DNA of 64,000 bases from Raillietiella orientalis (lineage: Eukaryota). Location of the stretch: assembly GCA_036172245.1 (NCBI GenBank), contig JAYWIR010000017.1:372001-436000 (forward strand), read 5' to 3'. The notes under the pieces are model-generated. The model ran no database searches, was not told the origin of the DNA, and saw only the letters and a program-made list of their open reading frames with translations. This document shows positions 1-15,000 of this stretch, piece after piece. The translations under genes were made by a program, and so were the position numbers. Numbering within the stretch: position 1 is the first letter of the stretch; every line of letters starts with the position of its first letter.

Positions 1-200
1 TGATTAAACTGAGCAAGTTCTCAATACATTTAAAACACTCCAACAATTCCACACAATTTATAAATACATTTATAAAAACATGCTTATTTACATTTATACA
101 ACATTATTAAAATCTGCACAAAAAGTTTACTTTCCAAATTGATTAGAGTCAACCAAAAAAAAGCTACATATTTTAAATGAAAATTTTTCTGAATAAGTAC

Positions 201-1603
201 TTTATCTGCTGTAAATATCCTAATGGTTTTATCGTAGCTCCCAGAAACTATTTCTTTGCCTGTTGGTGCATAATCCAAGTCAATGACAGCTGAAGTATGA
301 TCTTGGAACACATTCAGGGCTACACTCAAATTACGCATATCAAAAGAATACAAACTAATAACCATGAAATAAAATAATCTGATAACTCACTTGTAATCTT
401 CATTGGCTACAGCAAAAACAAAAGCTTCCATTGGGTTCCAACATAAACTGTTGCTTTTTAAATTCATGGTAACTTTACGAATTGGAGACTCACCTCTCAG
501 ATCATATAAAATAATACTACAATCACTGGCACATGATGCTAAAAGAAAAAATTATGGAATTAAGAACATTCAATGTTGCTTACCTAGTAAATTAACTTGC
601 ACAGGATTAAAACGCACATGATGCAAGCTATCCACATCCCAAGAAAACTTTTTTAATGGTTCATTCCTATTATCATCCCATATCAAGCAATGCTCCCCAC
701 AAGTTGCATACAATGACTGCTGCATATGATGGCTTATGCTCATGACTATACTCTATAAACCAACAAATTAATTAACAAGCCCTAGAATTGTGTTACAAAC
801 CTGACTTAATATGCTATTCTTAGGCAATTCATTCTCTTTCCAAGAATATATATCACCCTGCCATAAATGTATATTTTTGTCATCTCCACAAGTATAAAAC
901 TTATTACTAATTCTATCAAATGCTATGTCTCTTATAAAGCCTTCATGAGCTTGTACTGCTCTTAAACACTTTTGTGAAGACAAATCCCAAATCCTCAGCT
1001 AAAAAAATATAAGAATTTTCATTTTAATTGATACATGAAAGAGAAATTTACTTCTCCATCACATCCGCCTGAAAGTAGCAACGATAACATCTCATGATGC
1101 TTTTCTAAACAACTAATGCCATCTTTATGACCATGTAGGTTTTTCAAGAACGGCTTAGCAAAAACTTTTTCTAATTTCACGGCATTGAGTGCTTTTGTAT
1201 ATTCTCTGGGTACCTCAAATGGATGAAGCGATGGATCGTAATTCCTTGGTACTAAAATCACAATTTAATGGTTTCATTAAAAATTTTCAAAAAATCCCTT
1301 ACACTCTGAAATGCAGTTACAATTTACATCAAGGAAACTCTAAAATTTTTATAAAATAGTGCAAATAAAAAACGTCCTACGTGCACTCAAACTTGTGAAT
1401 TACAGCGCGCTTATGTTTTGTTTTTTTACCTTTAGGACACTTCTGATATACAAAAATACAAAGAAAGGTATAATGAAATAAACAAAACATCAATAAAATA
1501 TGCACTTTAGGAAAAATTCAATACAGAGCTTACATTTGAAGATATCATTCTTAGTTTCTCTCATATAATTATCCGGATGACGAGACAACACCTTGACTCT
1601 CAT
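201..1603 (-). CDS. DCAF13: DDB1- and CUL4-associated factor 13 (WDSOF1/Sof1), WD40 protein of the SSU processome; 5' part only, gene continues past the window start
   Basis: Spliced translation MRVKVLSRHPDNYMRETKNDIFKLPRNYDPSLHPFEVPREYTKALNAVKLEKVFAKPF...ANEDYNLYSFDMR...DHTSAVIDLDYAPTGKEIVSGSYDKTIRIF matches the Sof1/DCAF13 family. GT-AG exons in frame: 1603-1534, 1251-1052, 998-801, 752-584, 538-391, 354-201. Confidence 0.95.
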
Positions 1604-2699
1604 TCTACCTACATTAAGCTAATCTATCCGTCAGCCTACAGAATTCTCACATTGCAATGTGAAATTACCACATTCAAAAAATACTTTAGTAATAAACATG
1701 AATTTAAAAAATGCTGAAAAAGCACAAGTGAAAAGCTGAGATCTTATTTATATTTCATATAGAGCGAAAAACCCAAAACCAAGAAAAATAGAGAATTTCC
1801 ATGACCTGAAATCATCGAATGAAGCTTAAATACGTTTGGTACTATCATCCCGACTTGACCATATTTTCAGGATATAATTATCATAGAGCACATGTTCATA
1901 ATAAAAATAATTGACCTCTTTCTATTTATCCTTTCAGAACTCATATAACTCACATCGCTTGAAGACTAGACCGAAATCATTGAATACAACAAAAGTAGTT
2001 GCAAAAGTACTTTGAATAAGAGTTCAGTTTACTAAAAAAAAATTTTTTAACCTATAATCAACTTTCATAAGACCAATGGATCCCTATAAAATTTCAGATA
2101 TTACAGTTCTCCCATTCTGAGTTTCTTTTCGTTTCACCCGTTTCTAATATATATTGCAGCCTAATGACCAAAAAGGGATCTGATAAAACATATGGGGAAT
2201 AAACAATAATTTTGCTAGTTTTCCTCTCTTTATTTTTCTTCCATCATCAGCATCCAAAACTAATATTCGAGTTTTTCTTCGTTATTGCAAAATTTATATA
2301 TATGTGTGGGTACATTTCCGATCTTTGTTTCACTCTCTTTTTCGTTTTTAGTTCTGTTTACCTAACTCTGGAACCAAAATTATTAGATTTCATTTGATTT
2401 AGACATCGAAAACATGAAAAAGCAATCAATGTAGAAATTTATTAACTATGATATTTTTGTAGTTTGCAAAAAAACTCTCTCTGACGCATTTTATTAACAC
2501 CGTATAATTAGTCGAAATCATATTAAAAGTTGCATGGGTATTTGACGTTTTCTTATATCAGTGTTTATCAAGTTCTCAAATATATTCCTTTTTTTGAGGA
2601 TACTATAGAATGATTTTACTCTATCATAGTTTCACTAAACTTATCTTTAGTCACAATGAAAAAATACTGCTCTGTTTTCCCTGCAGATTTGACTATTCG

Positions 2700-4400
2700 A
2701 ATGTTTCAATCATACGAGGCATTTGAATTCCAACACTGTGATCAGGATTACTTCCAGTAATCGTGGTCACAGTGCTCGAAAAGCAGAAATTGAAAGAAAA
2801 TCTTCCTTTCCATTATTAATCGAAAACATCTAGTCCATAAAACAACGACTTGAAACGTAAATAGTTGATAACTCTGATCCAAGAATGGAGATAAACTTCA
2901 GCAATGTTCCCATTTCCAGATCTGAAGGAAATTGAAGAACGAGAGATCAATACTTTTGCTAGGATCATTCCTGCAATATACAAATACAACTTAAAACGAG
3001 TAGTCTACATTGTAAGCCAGTGTTCCCATTTCAAATTAATGTTTTTACAGATCATGAAAACCTCATTTCTGATTGAAATCGAAGCTTTATTTTCAGTTCT
3101 TTCATCGTACCTCAATTTATACATTGGTAATTTCGTATTAGTTTTTCTTTATTGTAACACATTGTATATTCATAACAGTGATCTATTTACATACAATCCA
3201 ATAAACTTCAAATAGCGTTTGGTTAATTTATAAACCGAATATCTATATGTTTGCCTTCAAATTCTTCCGAATAATAAATACGTTGTGATATCTTAATCTT
3301 ACGAGAATCTCTTCTCCATTCAGAGTGAAGTACATGCTTTATGAGAAACAATTACTTCGAAGATTATTCATTTCCTCTAGCGATAGTAAGGCAAATGCCA
3401 CAATCTCTGTAAAATTAAACAAAATATTCTAATAAAATGAAATATCTGAATTTTCTCTGTCCACTTATAATAAAGAACTTTAAATATTTTTTATTGTTTC
3501 ATTTAATCTTTTCATAGACTAGCATCAAAAATTTCGATTCAGAACTTAAGAAGCCAATTTTCCCTGATAATAGCTAATGAAGTAATTTTTCTCCTTTTCA
3601 CAAAAAAAACATGCTGATTAATTTAATTTTGTGCCTTGAAAGTTTCGTTTTCGACCACTTTTCTAAAGATCAATTTCGGCAGAAACTTCTTTTCTCTTTT
3701 ATCATTACCTCTTTCCTTAGTTTAATGACACTTGTTTTCCTGAATTCAGTCTTTATACTTTTCAAGAAAGAATGTGTCAGAAAGAAAGCTGTGTTTGGTA
3801 TTTTTCCGATTTCCGCAATCAATCTGAGAAAAATTTCAATGATGAAATATTAATTCGCGAAATCTAAAGAATCTGACTCTTTCCTATCAGTTGAAACTTT
3901 GGTTTATTTCTTCAAAAACGACATTTATCTACCTGATATAAGAAACATTACTGTGTATTATTCGACGAAAATCCCATCATTTTGTTATCAGCACAAATAA
4001 ATTTATATTCTATGCTTGTTTGCAAAGAAAGAATGTGCTATATTTTATTTGGAAGTCAGTATTCCAAAGCAAATCAGTCCAAATCAAATTGAGATATATT
4101 TTAACATTATTGCATTTATATAATGTGGATGCATAAAGAAACATAAATCAGCAAATTGGTGGTAAGCATTTAACTTATAACGTAAAATAGACCAATGATC
4201 ATGACATTTTGATTAGTTTTACTGATAGAAAAATTTTAAAGCTCTGGGTTAATCTTTTACCCTAGAAATTTTTTCGAAGATTTTGTCTGAGTCTTTCGAA
4301 ATTTCCCTTGAAAATTCTATACTGTGAGTTTCAAAAAGTCTACTGGCATTATATTTACAATTTGTGTCTTTTTTAAAAGAATTATTTTAATATGCATTTG
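2700..4400 (-). mobile_element. Very degenerate, AT-rich L1/Tx1-like LINE ORF2 remnant
   Basis: Colinear decayed motifs on the minus strand: ICADN (~3990, YADD-like), LEKWSKTKLSRHKIKLIS (3610-3666, W-x4-LS-x4-LI-like motif), LLFEHCDHDYW (~2770, zinc-knuckle-like). Many stops; boundaries approximate. Confidence 0.35.
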
Positions 4401-7400
4401 CTGTTAACCTTCAAATCAGATAAATGTAAAGAACCTAATAATAAAACGGCTTGGAACATGGGAGGTGAGATTAATGATTTATCGATCTTATTTTTTGCTC
4501 CCTTCCCTTGCCTTTTATGAAAATTTGAAGCTTTTGAAATAATGTACGCTATTGGAATTGCATTTGATCTTATTGATTGAAATACTGTCACTTTGTGAAA
4601 ATAAAAGTGGTGGTGGAAATTTACGGATATTGATTCATCAGCATGCGAAATATAATTTTTACGTTTTGTAAAGTGATGTATAAGGTACATTAACACCTCA
4701 TAAGGAATGTATTTTCAATCATTGTTCTAAATAAAAATTTGCTACACATGCGCGCATGCATACTTCATTTGTAAGGATTATGATACTAAACATTTCCACT
4801 TCAAAACAGGCACAAGTGCCACGCAGGCATAAATTTTAATGTATAATGTAATTTTTCCAAGTTTATTTGGATTTGCTTCTGCTCAATGAATTGAAATTAG
4901 AATTGCACATCATGAAAGAGTCCTATTAATATTAAATACGTGCGCGTATCTATTTAATTCCTAATTGGTTAATAATAATATTTGACAGAGATTCCAATGG
5001 GACAAGAACTTTAATACAGATTTGAAAGTCAAATTGATGCCGTCGTTGGAAAATTGTTGGCTTTCAAAGATAAGTTGGTTGTCAGTTTTTTAAATTCCTA
5101 TCGATAGCAATTTTGAGAGCGTTTTTCTCTTGTTTTTGTTCACCCAACTGATTGACTACATTCCAAAATGTGCTCTAACGGAAAAGCAGAGATTCAAGAC
5201 AATAGCTAAAGTCATTTCACATTATTTTAAGTCCAATAACTAAACAACGTAATGAATTTGATCATACCCATTTGATCATATTCACCGAGTGATCATCGTT
5301 GTTTTCTTTTATCAACTAGTGTGTTTGAAAAATCACATGTTAAGAATGATATACAACAAAGGGATCTATACAAAGAGTTCTATACAATCTTCACAAAGAG
5401 GTTTTGTCCATATCTGGTGTTGTTGAATTTAGGTTGTTTCTTAGGTCGGCTGTGGAAAAACTTCCAACATCAATGTAAATGCGTATTTTCTTTTTTATTT
5501 ATGAAAGAGAAGATTCGAAACTATGGGAAGCATGGAGTTTAGTTGTAATTCGAAAAACGTTTGTATTGCGCGACCTTCGTGAGCAAAAATTGATTTGAAT
5601 TCGAGGTACTTAATGTTTTCTAGGCAACTATGTGAACAGATTTCTGTAATGCAACCTGAACAGTCATCCAAAGATATTATGTATGTTTATATTTAATGAA
5701 AAATAATATTATGATTCTGCAACCACTTTGATGCTCATTAAAATAATGCAGTATCTGGTATGAAACTGCCTTCAGAAATACGTATTGTGTTTTAATACCT
5801 TTAAAGCATTAACGTGTGTGTGTGTTTTGATCGATTCTATGCCAATACTCTAATCAGCACGTCGAGTAAATGGTTTTGGTTTTTTGTTGCAAAAAATTAT
5901 CGTGAGATCGTCTTAAAAAATCTTGATCAATAAATGCCAAAGCAAATAAGTTAACGTATTTAAAAATGTGTATGTCAGCCGAATGCTTAATTCGATCAAA
6001 GGTAACAGGGTGTTCCTGCATATATGTTGACTAATGCTTTCTGCCTAATATAAGTGAAAAAAATATTTTGCAAAATTCAGTTTCGTGTGCCCTTACCTGA
6101 AGTTTTGTTGCATTTTTCAGCATTTGCTATATTATGTAATATTTAGCAGACCAGTATTTTAGTTTTTACAGTTGACAGTATAAGTAGCATATTAATATAT
6201 CGAACAAGTATGTTTGAATTGTATTTTACTCCTAATATTTTATCTTGAGAGTCGCATTCGTTGCTTTGCATGCATTAACTGAAATTTTTACAAAAAACTG
6301 TGTTTAGTCTGCAACTTAACATTGTGCTATTTTTAGTGTTGATTCAAATCAGAACAATGATCATTCCCTTCATAGATCAACAATGTGAGTAAATTTGTTG
6401 TCTCTATGGAGATTTGTTTGGTTATTCATTAAATTTATTTATATTTCATGATTATGTTGTTAATTTGCAAAAATTATTTGTAGTTAGTGTCAGTTTCCTC
6501 TAAACAGAGAATTTACTTTTTTGCCACTTTCGTTTCTGTTCTAAAAGTAAAAATATGTATGGAGGAGCCTGGTGCCTTTCCCTGAATGTAAACAAAATGG
6601 AATGCTAATTTAGAATTATAAATGTCACATCCATTTGTTAATTTGTTATTTTTATTTAATTTTGCATGATTGTTTAGTACAAAATTTTCGACTCCGAGGT
6701 CCAATTCTGTATCAGTTCCTCATATGGAAACTGGTCTTTCATGGCCAAAATATTTGTGGTAAGCATTTTGCAAATAGTCCTGAAATCATAAAGTATTTCA
6801 GAATTCTTGTCAGATCATACACATAAAATCCCGAATGTACTATATTACATATAAGTTTTTATTTACTTTCATGTGCAAGTTACATTTAGTTATCTTGTTT
6901 TTGCATTTGCATCAGTACATATTGCAAATTTCATTCCAGTAAATAGAATTTAAGAAATGTTTAAATATTAGAATGTTTTTCTTAAATTATATATACTTTT
7001 TTGTTTTAAAACAAGCTGATGCTAAATATATATCTTTAGGTCAAAGAGACGGAGTGATGGTAACATCATTTATGATCAGTCAGTGCAAAGCAACCTATCA
7101 GAGTCTCATGGTCAAGGTTTCTGAAAAGTTTGATTCTTTTCCTATTTTTTTCGCAACTTTCATGATAAAAGCTTTTAACTGGATATATATTAAAATATAA
7201 TCAAATCCCTCATCATTTTATCAGTTATGTTAAATGTAGGTAACAAAAGATGAAATGTCTCAAGAGAGTATAATTTTTGATCTGTATAGTTTTTTTAATC
7301 TCCTTTGTATTTGGTGTAAAAAAAAATTTTTGTTTGAAATCCAATTAAACCTTTATGCATCTGTTGGAAAGATTGTGTGTTACAAATTTGCAGTGTTGAC

Positions 7401-9034
7401 TATATTTTGTGTATTGAGATCTATTAATCACATTTTCGTATTTATAAGACTGTTCATTTTTTTAAAGTTATTTTCCATTATTTAGAACAAGGTTACTGCA
7501 TTTCTTTTGTTCTCCATGTGAATATAACTTTCGTGTTTCATTTCCAGAATTTCAAGTTACTATAAAATCAGTTTTTTTGATTGATCTATCAAATGTGGTT
7601 GTCCTGTTGATTCTAGATTGAAATTTATGGGGACCATCAGCAGAACTAATTCTTTATTGACCTTGTATGCTTGCAGTGACTATTTCATAATACTGATTTT
7701 CGTGTTTCTTATTTACTTCTTTGTAATTCACATTTCTTGTTTCCATCATAATATTTTTTTCAGTTTAGCAAATTGTCTCTGTTAGTTGATACTTTTCTTG
7801 ATTTATTTTACTACAGAATCCATGTATCATCTTGTAGTGTACAGCAATTAAGTCTTTAATTTGAATTCATTTAGAGTGTTAAATCACTTTTGATTGTTCA
7901 TTCTTGAACTTGTTAATTCTGCACTTCCTCTATCATAAAAGAGAGCATTGTATGGAAAAATGTGTTTAATAATATGACTAAGATGATTTCAAAGTTTTGG
8001 AAGAATCAGAATCATGCTTATTTTTTATTTTTTCAGTCAATTCTATCAGTCAGCTGCTAGTTTCAGGATGTTGAAGCATATCCCAACCAGATAGTGTTGT
8101 ATCAGTGATCTTGTAGTGTCCTTGTTTTTGCATTTTTTCTTGTATGTGTACATTTTCTTATATACCAATGTTTTTCTTGAATTTCTATTAAGCAGGCTCT
8201 TATATTAATGATTCCAAAATTTAAATAAATGCTCAACTACCCAGCTTGTTAAATATATCATTAAATTCAACTTGTTTGATTCTGTTGGTCAATGTAATGC
8301 TAGAAACAAAGCACAAGCCACTTTAATAAAGTGATAGTAGTTTAATGTAGGGAATCCTGAGGTTTATGTGTAAACATTAAAATCATGTACTTGTATTTCC
8401 AAATGCTGGGTATTGATACAAATATTGAATTCTCAAATGTAATTTGATTAAATTGATACTTGGGGCAAGAATAATATAAATGCTATGCTGCTGTTCTTAA
8501 AATAGGATAAGTCCGTGGAAATTTCTGGTGTATTTATGACATAGGAAACAGTAAACAAAATCATTGATTATCATACAGTTGCCCATGTTTATTTGTAATT
8601 GAACTTACGCCACTTATAAATAATTACCTAACTGCTAGAACAGATTTCCTCAAATTAAGTGTACTTCAATTGATTACTAGAAGTTCATGGAAATTTTCAT
8701 TTAATAGCCGGATAAAATTCTGTGTTGGTGATTAAATATTCTTTTGTGTAATTGTTTTTGTTATTCATCTAGAAATGTTTATTTTGCCTTTATTTAATTC
8801 TGTTTACAATGAATTTTAATTTTTCAAATCTTGGGGTTTAATTTATGTAGTAGGTTTTATTTTCGAGAGTTGACCACATGGGTTTTACATGTTGATACTG
8901 ACCTCAAAATTCAAAAAACAAAACAAAAATGAAAGCATGAAAGCTAAGACTCAAAAGACAGAAATTTGCAAAATTAGAAACATGTTTTGAAAATGAAGTT
9001 ACTTTTTAAGTTTAAGAGTTACTTTGATTTTTAG

Positions 9035-12000
9035 AAACACTTGGGAGTGCCATCTCTAATAAACATGAAAGTCCTGGATGTGTAGACAGTGAGGAATCAA
9101 AATTACGAGCTAAGGACTATATTGTAAGCACAGAAGCATTTTGCAATGTTTTATAAATGTTTTATACATTTAGGTTCAAGCTACTGACACATTATCTAGT
9201 ATTGCTGCTAAATTTGATAGTACTCCTTCTATTCTTGCTAAATTGAACAAGCTAAGTACAAGACTTGTTTTACCTGGACAGGTTATAAAAATCCCAGAAA
9301 GTAATATGTCTAAGAACTCAACAGTTACTGAATTATCTGAGAAAGGTCAATATTTTTTTTATTTAGTTCAGCATTAAAAAAGATTTGTATTTTTATTTAT
9401 TATTATATTTTCAGAGAAAGTTCGGCTTCCGGGGCATGTAGAACGTGTTTTTTCAGAGGCTGACTCAAAAAGTGAAATCGATGAAGAATGTATTCAGAAG
9501 TTTCTTAAAATTAACGTTCGTCACATCACTGACGGACAAGGAGTCGTTGCAGGGGTTCTCCTAGTCACACCTAATGCCTTAATGTTTGATCCTAATGTGT
9601 CTGACCCTTTGGTTATTGAACATGGATCAGAAGCATATGGAGTAATTGCTCCTTTAGAATTTGTTGTCAATGCAGCTATTTTTTATGACATAGCTCATAT
9701 GAGGATGAAAAACTGTGATTGCGATAATACTTCCAGGTATGTATTTTTCACCTCCGAATCACACGCCTTCTGTGATCAAAATACAAAGTTAAGTAAATGA
9801 CATGCTTTCAGATCTGAAGTTACAAAACCACGAATTTATTTTGGCGAGAGCTTTTCAGAACAGATGGTATTAATTGAAAATTCTAGCGGAAATCCTGATT
9901 TAAAATTGAAAGAAGCAATCCAGTCCACAGTTTCTCTGGAAGCTTCCCCAAAAGATTCTAATATACTTACTTCAGATATTGCATCTCATGTTGATCCTCA
10001 GAGCTATACTGAACCTGAACCTCACTTCACTGAAAACAATTCAGATGTTGGTTCCGTAAGCAAAGTGTGTCTAGAGTCAGAGCCTTTAGAAGCCACTATA
10101 AAAAAGGGAAATGATGTGATAGAAAAAGGAGCTGATGCAAGTGGCTCTACTTTGCAGCGAGTACCATCAGAAAGCAAAAAGCAGAAGGTTAAATCATTGA
10201 ACATCTCAGATTTATGATTCATTTCTGTAGATGTTCAAGCATTTATCACAACCTCTTCACTGGATGGAATCCTTTTCTGATGTTTCCAAAGAGCCAACTA
10301 AAACAGCTGCAAATGTGGATTCCAATGGAACTTCAGTTTTTAAGGCTCTGGCAAAGTAAGTTCCATTGTTTTGTTTTTATCATTGAAATCTTCTTAAGTA
10401 CGCCAAGAAGTTTTGTGGAATTCAGTAGTAATCTTTTTAATAAGAGTGGAGATGATGAAAGCAAAATCAGTACTCTTGCTTGGACAATGGACGCCATTGC
10501 ACGTGCTGGCAGTTTTGTCCCCAGTATGATTGCTCCATTCAATACGATATCTCGAGACAAACCTGCATCTGATAAATCCACTTCGTAATTTTGTTGCATC
10601 CATCACTTTTAAATAATGAAGAATTGTTTGTTTGTAGTGCCAAAGAAGAAACTGTTGAAGCTGAATCATCTTTGATTCAACAGAACTTTAAATCAGTCAT
10701 TACAATGGATGATGTGCTTAGTTTATTTGCTTCCATTGATAGTAAGTTGTCAAATGGTAGCATTATAACTGAAGTTTTTTAAGAGTTAATGCCCAAGACT
10801 GTGAAGTCATCAGATGATGCACCTCTTTATCTGAGACTCAAAATGGGAAAGCCAGCGAATAAGAAGATTTCCCGTAATACTCCAGTAATGTCATATGGTA
10901 GAAAGCGTATGAGATCGGAATATTGGTTCAGTATTCCTCGGGACAGGTAAAAAAACTGATGCACTTGAATTAAATCTGAAATTCTCATTATAATACTGTC
11001 AAGTTGAATAATCTGCTGGCAACTGGATTACTTGTTCTGACGATTTTTTATGATTTAGTTTGCAGTGTACTATTCTTTATTATAATGTGGTTAATAATTG
11101 AATATTTATAATTACAATTTCGTGCCAGTTAAAAACCATTTTTCGCAACTTGTTTTTCAAAAAATCAGTTTTATGCTTAAAAATTTTATTGAAAGTTGAT
11201 TTTGTGTTGTCAGTTTTTACATGACTGTAATCAGATGTTTTACATAAAAATCTTTTGCAGTAATAGTTGAACACAAACTTTGCTACTTTTATATTATTAG
11301 TACATAAGTCTACATCAACCCAAAATATGCATGCCTTTTTTTAAAAAATAAAAAATAACCTGTAAAGACGAAATTCAAAATTATGGTCAAATAGAAAAGT
11401 GCATGAGGGCTCCTTTGCATGGCTCATTGGTAATGAGCGTTTTGTGTTTATGTGTGTTTTCATTTTAGTTTAGTTTTGTTTTTTTCTTTTGTGAGCACTC
11501 TTTTCATGCCATGTTCTGATGAGCCTTTTTGATTGAGTCACTTTCCAGAGAAAAATGGGCATTTCTGTATCTTACACTTATGAAAACTTTATTCTCAAAG
11601 AACTATTCCATTATTTTAATAATTTTTATTACATTATCTGATCACTGTACTCAGGTGAAACTTTATTTATTGTAAAAATAAAAAGTATAAAAAATGTTTT
11701 TCATACAAATTTAGGTGAGGCTTGCATGTTTTTGAAAATTTCTAACTTAGATGTGGTTTGTTGGTTTCAAAGATGCACTGTATATCACAAGGTGTAAAAG
11801 AAAGATAAACAAGGAATGAATCAAAAATCCCTTGAGCCATGAATTAGGTAGAAGCACTCAGATGTTGAAGAAAAAATCAGGCACAAAAAATGAATTTAGT
11901 TGCAACTGGAAACTTCGTAACATTGATATGGTGAATAAAAGATAGAAATAATTCACAGTTTCACAGCATCCAAGTTTCAAAAAGTAGAATCAGTAAAACT

Positions 12001-15000
12001 AAACGTGACTGCTTGCTGAGGTTTCTAATATAGTGAACTAGGTTTTTTATTACTATTAAAGGGTAAGTTGATCTAAAGTATGAGAAAATATAGATTCTAA
12101 AGTATGAGAAGGAGCAGCAGGATGTGAACATGTAAGACACGTTTGCCCATATTGATTGAATTTAGCAGTACAGCACAGCATGTACAGCACAGTATTTGGA
12201 GTGTACGAAAAATGGGGTAACAGTCGAACGTACGTAGTAATGTAATTTGGAATGAAAGTTTTGTACTTAAGATTATACAGCCTCCTCATTGTACACCTTA
12301 TGTGTATTTCAGCATTAGATACTGCAGTTATTTGTAAACTCTTATTTAGCTTGCTGTTTTGCGGCACTGCATGTACATTAGGTAATGAAAGCTCTACAAC
12401 AGTGGATCAGATTTGCTTATACTGGCTGGGCATCATCCTTGCGCTGTACCCAAGGGATAAACGTTGCAACTCGGAAATTCGTATGGAATGTAGTCATGCG
12501 AAGTTCACAGCTGTTCATTCAAAGAACATTATCATTATGAAATCTGCTTTCTGTATTACTTTTCACTCTCCAGTGTTTGTTTCTGTCTCATTTCTGATCC
12601 CCGTGTTTTGCTACACACTTTAATATAGCTTGTGCCAGGAATTCCAAATCGTTGAATCTATTCATTGGCTTATGTTCACCCAGGGAGATGAATTTGCATA
12701 TGCTGTTGCTGATTCACGGTTCGTTGGGAGTAAAAAGACCGAAAAGATGATAAAAGATCATACCATATGAAAGATCCACATTGGTATAAATGGACCATCG
12801 CGATATATTTCATCGTAAATGTGAAGCAAAATTTGCATCCATGAAATTAGCATTGGGTGCTAGAGTGCTGATCTTTGGATTTGGACATTTCCAAGAAGTA
12901 ATGAGTAAATGAAATGAGCCCCTCTATAATATTAATACATGCTACTTCCATCAATTAAGGAAAATAGTTTCGCGTTTTACACTGTATTGAGAGCTAATTG
13001 GGATTACATTAGGAAGTGCTAATAAGTATACCCATTCTTACTTGAGGATGGTAAGAGAGTCATCCAAGAAGTAAAAAGCTTTCAATTTAAAGGCGTTTTA
13101 TACAATGTATCCAGCATTATACCTGCCCAGATGATCACGAGTCACATTGTATTTATCTCTATGACAAATTCTAATTAAAAGATTTCTGTAGCTCAGAAAT
13201 AAAGAAAACATACTCCGTAATTGGCTTTCTTCAAAATATCCAAACCATTTGATTTAGACAATATTATGTACGCGAGTCTGAAAGTCTGGTTGTTGTACTC
13301 TTTCATCGTTAACATTGAATTTTTCCATGTAAGTTTTGTTTCGTGATAGCCTTGGTGTGAAGTATACTTTCGAAAGTTGTTTCTTTGTACATGTTTTTAA
13401 AGATGTTCCCTGTAGTCTGCCATGAAGGAGTTTCCATAAAGCTCTAATTCCCCCTATGCAGTGTAATCATACTGCAATCATAAGACTCCATCAGAGCCAA
13501 AGGCGATAAAACCTTCCAAGCATAGTTTCTCCAGTACAGTTTCGATATCTGTGGAAACTTTCATTTTTTTTTTTTGTTCTACAGGATTTATATTTTCCCA
13601 ACCAGTCATGCTATTAAGGTGATGAAGCTCCTAGAACGCATCGATGTTCACACATATTATACAGTAAAGGAAAAAATTTTTCCTGCTGGGAAGTCTGGTA
13701 ATTTGAAAAGTGTCGGTTATGACTCCTCTCCCGCTGTTGAGATGTATTCTCTATCCAGTCCTCAAAACTCTATGCTTATTCTGTGTGATCGAATCAAAAC
13801 TTATTTGTATAAAGTGCTTGCTTATATTCATAAAGGAACGCATGGTTGTATTCCATTATGTCATTTGCCTTGTAGTAATTCAATGTCTTCAGTTTTCTTG
13901 GATCTTAAGCATTCGCTAAGCTAACCGCAAAGCACCTTGAATTCTTAATAGATAGAGGCCTGGCCGCGAACATATAGCGATTGCTAAGTAGTGTTCCTCA
14001 GTCCAATTTGGCAAAGACAGTGTGCATGAGGAAACTCGAGGAATGACCGAAATCGTATACCGGAAGAGTTCTGGATGAGAGGACAAATCACATCGAAAAT
14101 GTTAGTAAAAGTTTTCGGAAAGACATTTTATGGTTACAGGTAGTTATGGGAGGGGTTCCGTTTTTATAAAAGGAATAAATATTTGGATGTTAGATTTTTT
14201 CTAAGAGTCCGTGGTATTTGCATTATTTCCCCGTCACGTTAATTATGTTTAATTGTCGAAATTTGATGGCATTTAATTAATACTGGAAGTTGTCTTGTGT
14301 CCAAAGGAGAAGACTCGTCTCGGATTTACAAAATGCGTAATTTTATGTTTCTTGCGGAGCATGCTTTTGATTTTTACATAACATCCTTCTACTTCAGCGT
14401 TTGTTTCTTTATTAGTAGTTTGATATCGGAAGCAAAGAATCATTCTGATATTTATTTCATCCTCTGTAATGCTTGCATTTGTACGTCCTTTGTGGAAATG
14501 GAGGTACCTTTGTGAGAAAATCTCGTGAAGTTGGTTTACTGAAATAGGTTGTGTGAGTATCTGCATAAAACCGAAGCCCAAGTAGTAGACTCTTGATTCG
14601 AATCAGTCACCGTTTTTTGATCCTGCATAAATGAGCTCCCAGTTGATTAAAACCAACGATGGATGTTACTTTGTTCATAATTTTTTGGACCTGGTTCTCG
14701 TGTATTTTTCATACGCATTGGTGCAAAATTCTGAATACGCGCACAACCGGTGTCTCTTATGCTGTAGGCAATGGAACTGTTCCTACAACTTTTCATTTTT
14801 CCTCAGACTTTAATAATTTAAGGAAACGATGTTTTGAGCAGTCATACATACGTTTTAAATCACCATTCATTAAGAGATATTCAGTATAGTATGTTTTGCC
14901 AGTTCCTGATAGCACGCTTCAAAGAGTCTTGACATAAAGTCTTTGCATAATTTGACATTAAAGGGCTGTACAGCTCGGTCTGCGAACACTCCATGAAATA

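Noticed and set aside
5099..5106. DRE-like TATCGATA promoter element
   Set aside because: A single 8-mer in AT-rich DNA with no transcription-start evidence; could be chance.
11517..11570. Hammerhead-like ctgatgag core (also at ~63914)
   Set aside because: No correctly placed stem II, GAAA and flanking stems could be built by eye.
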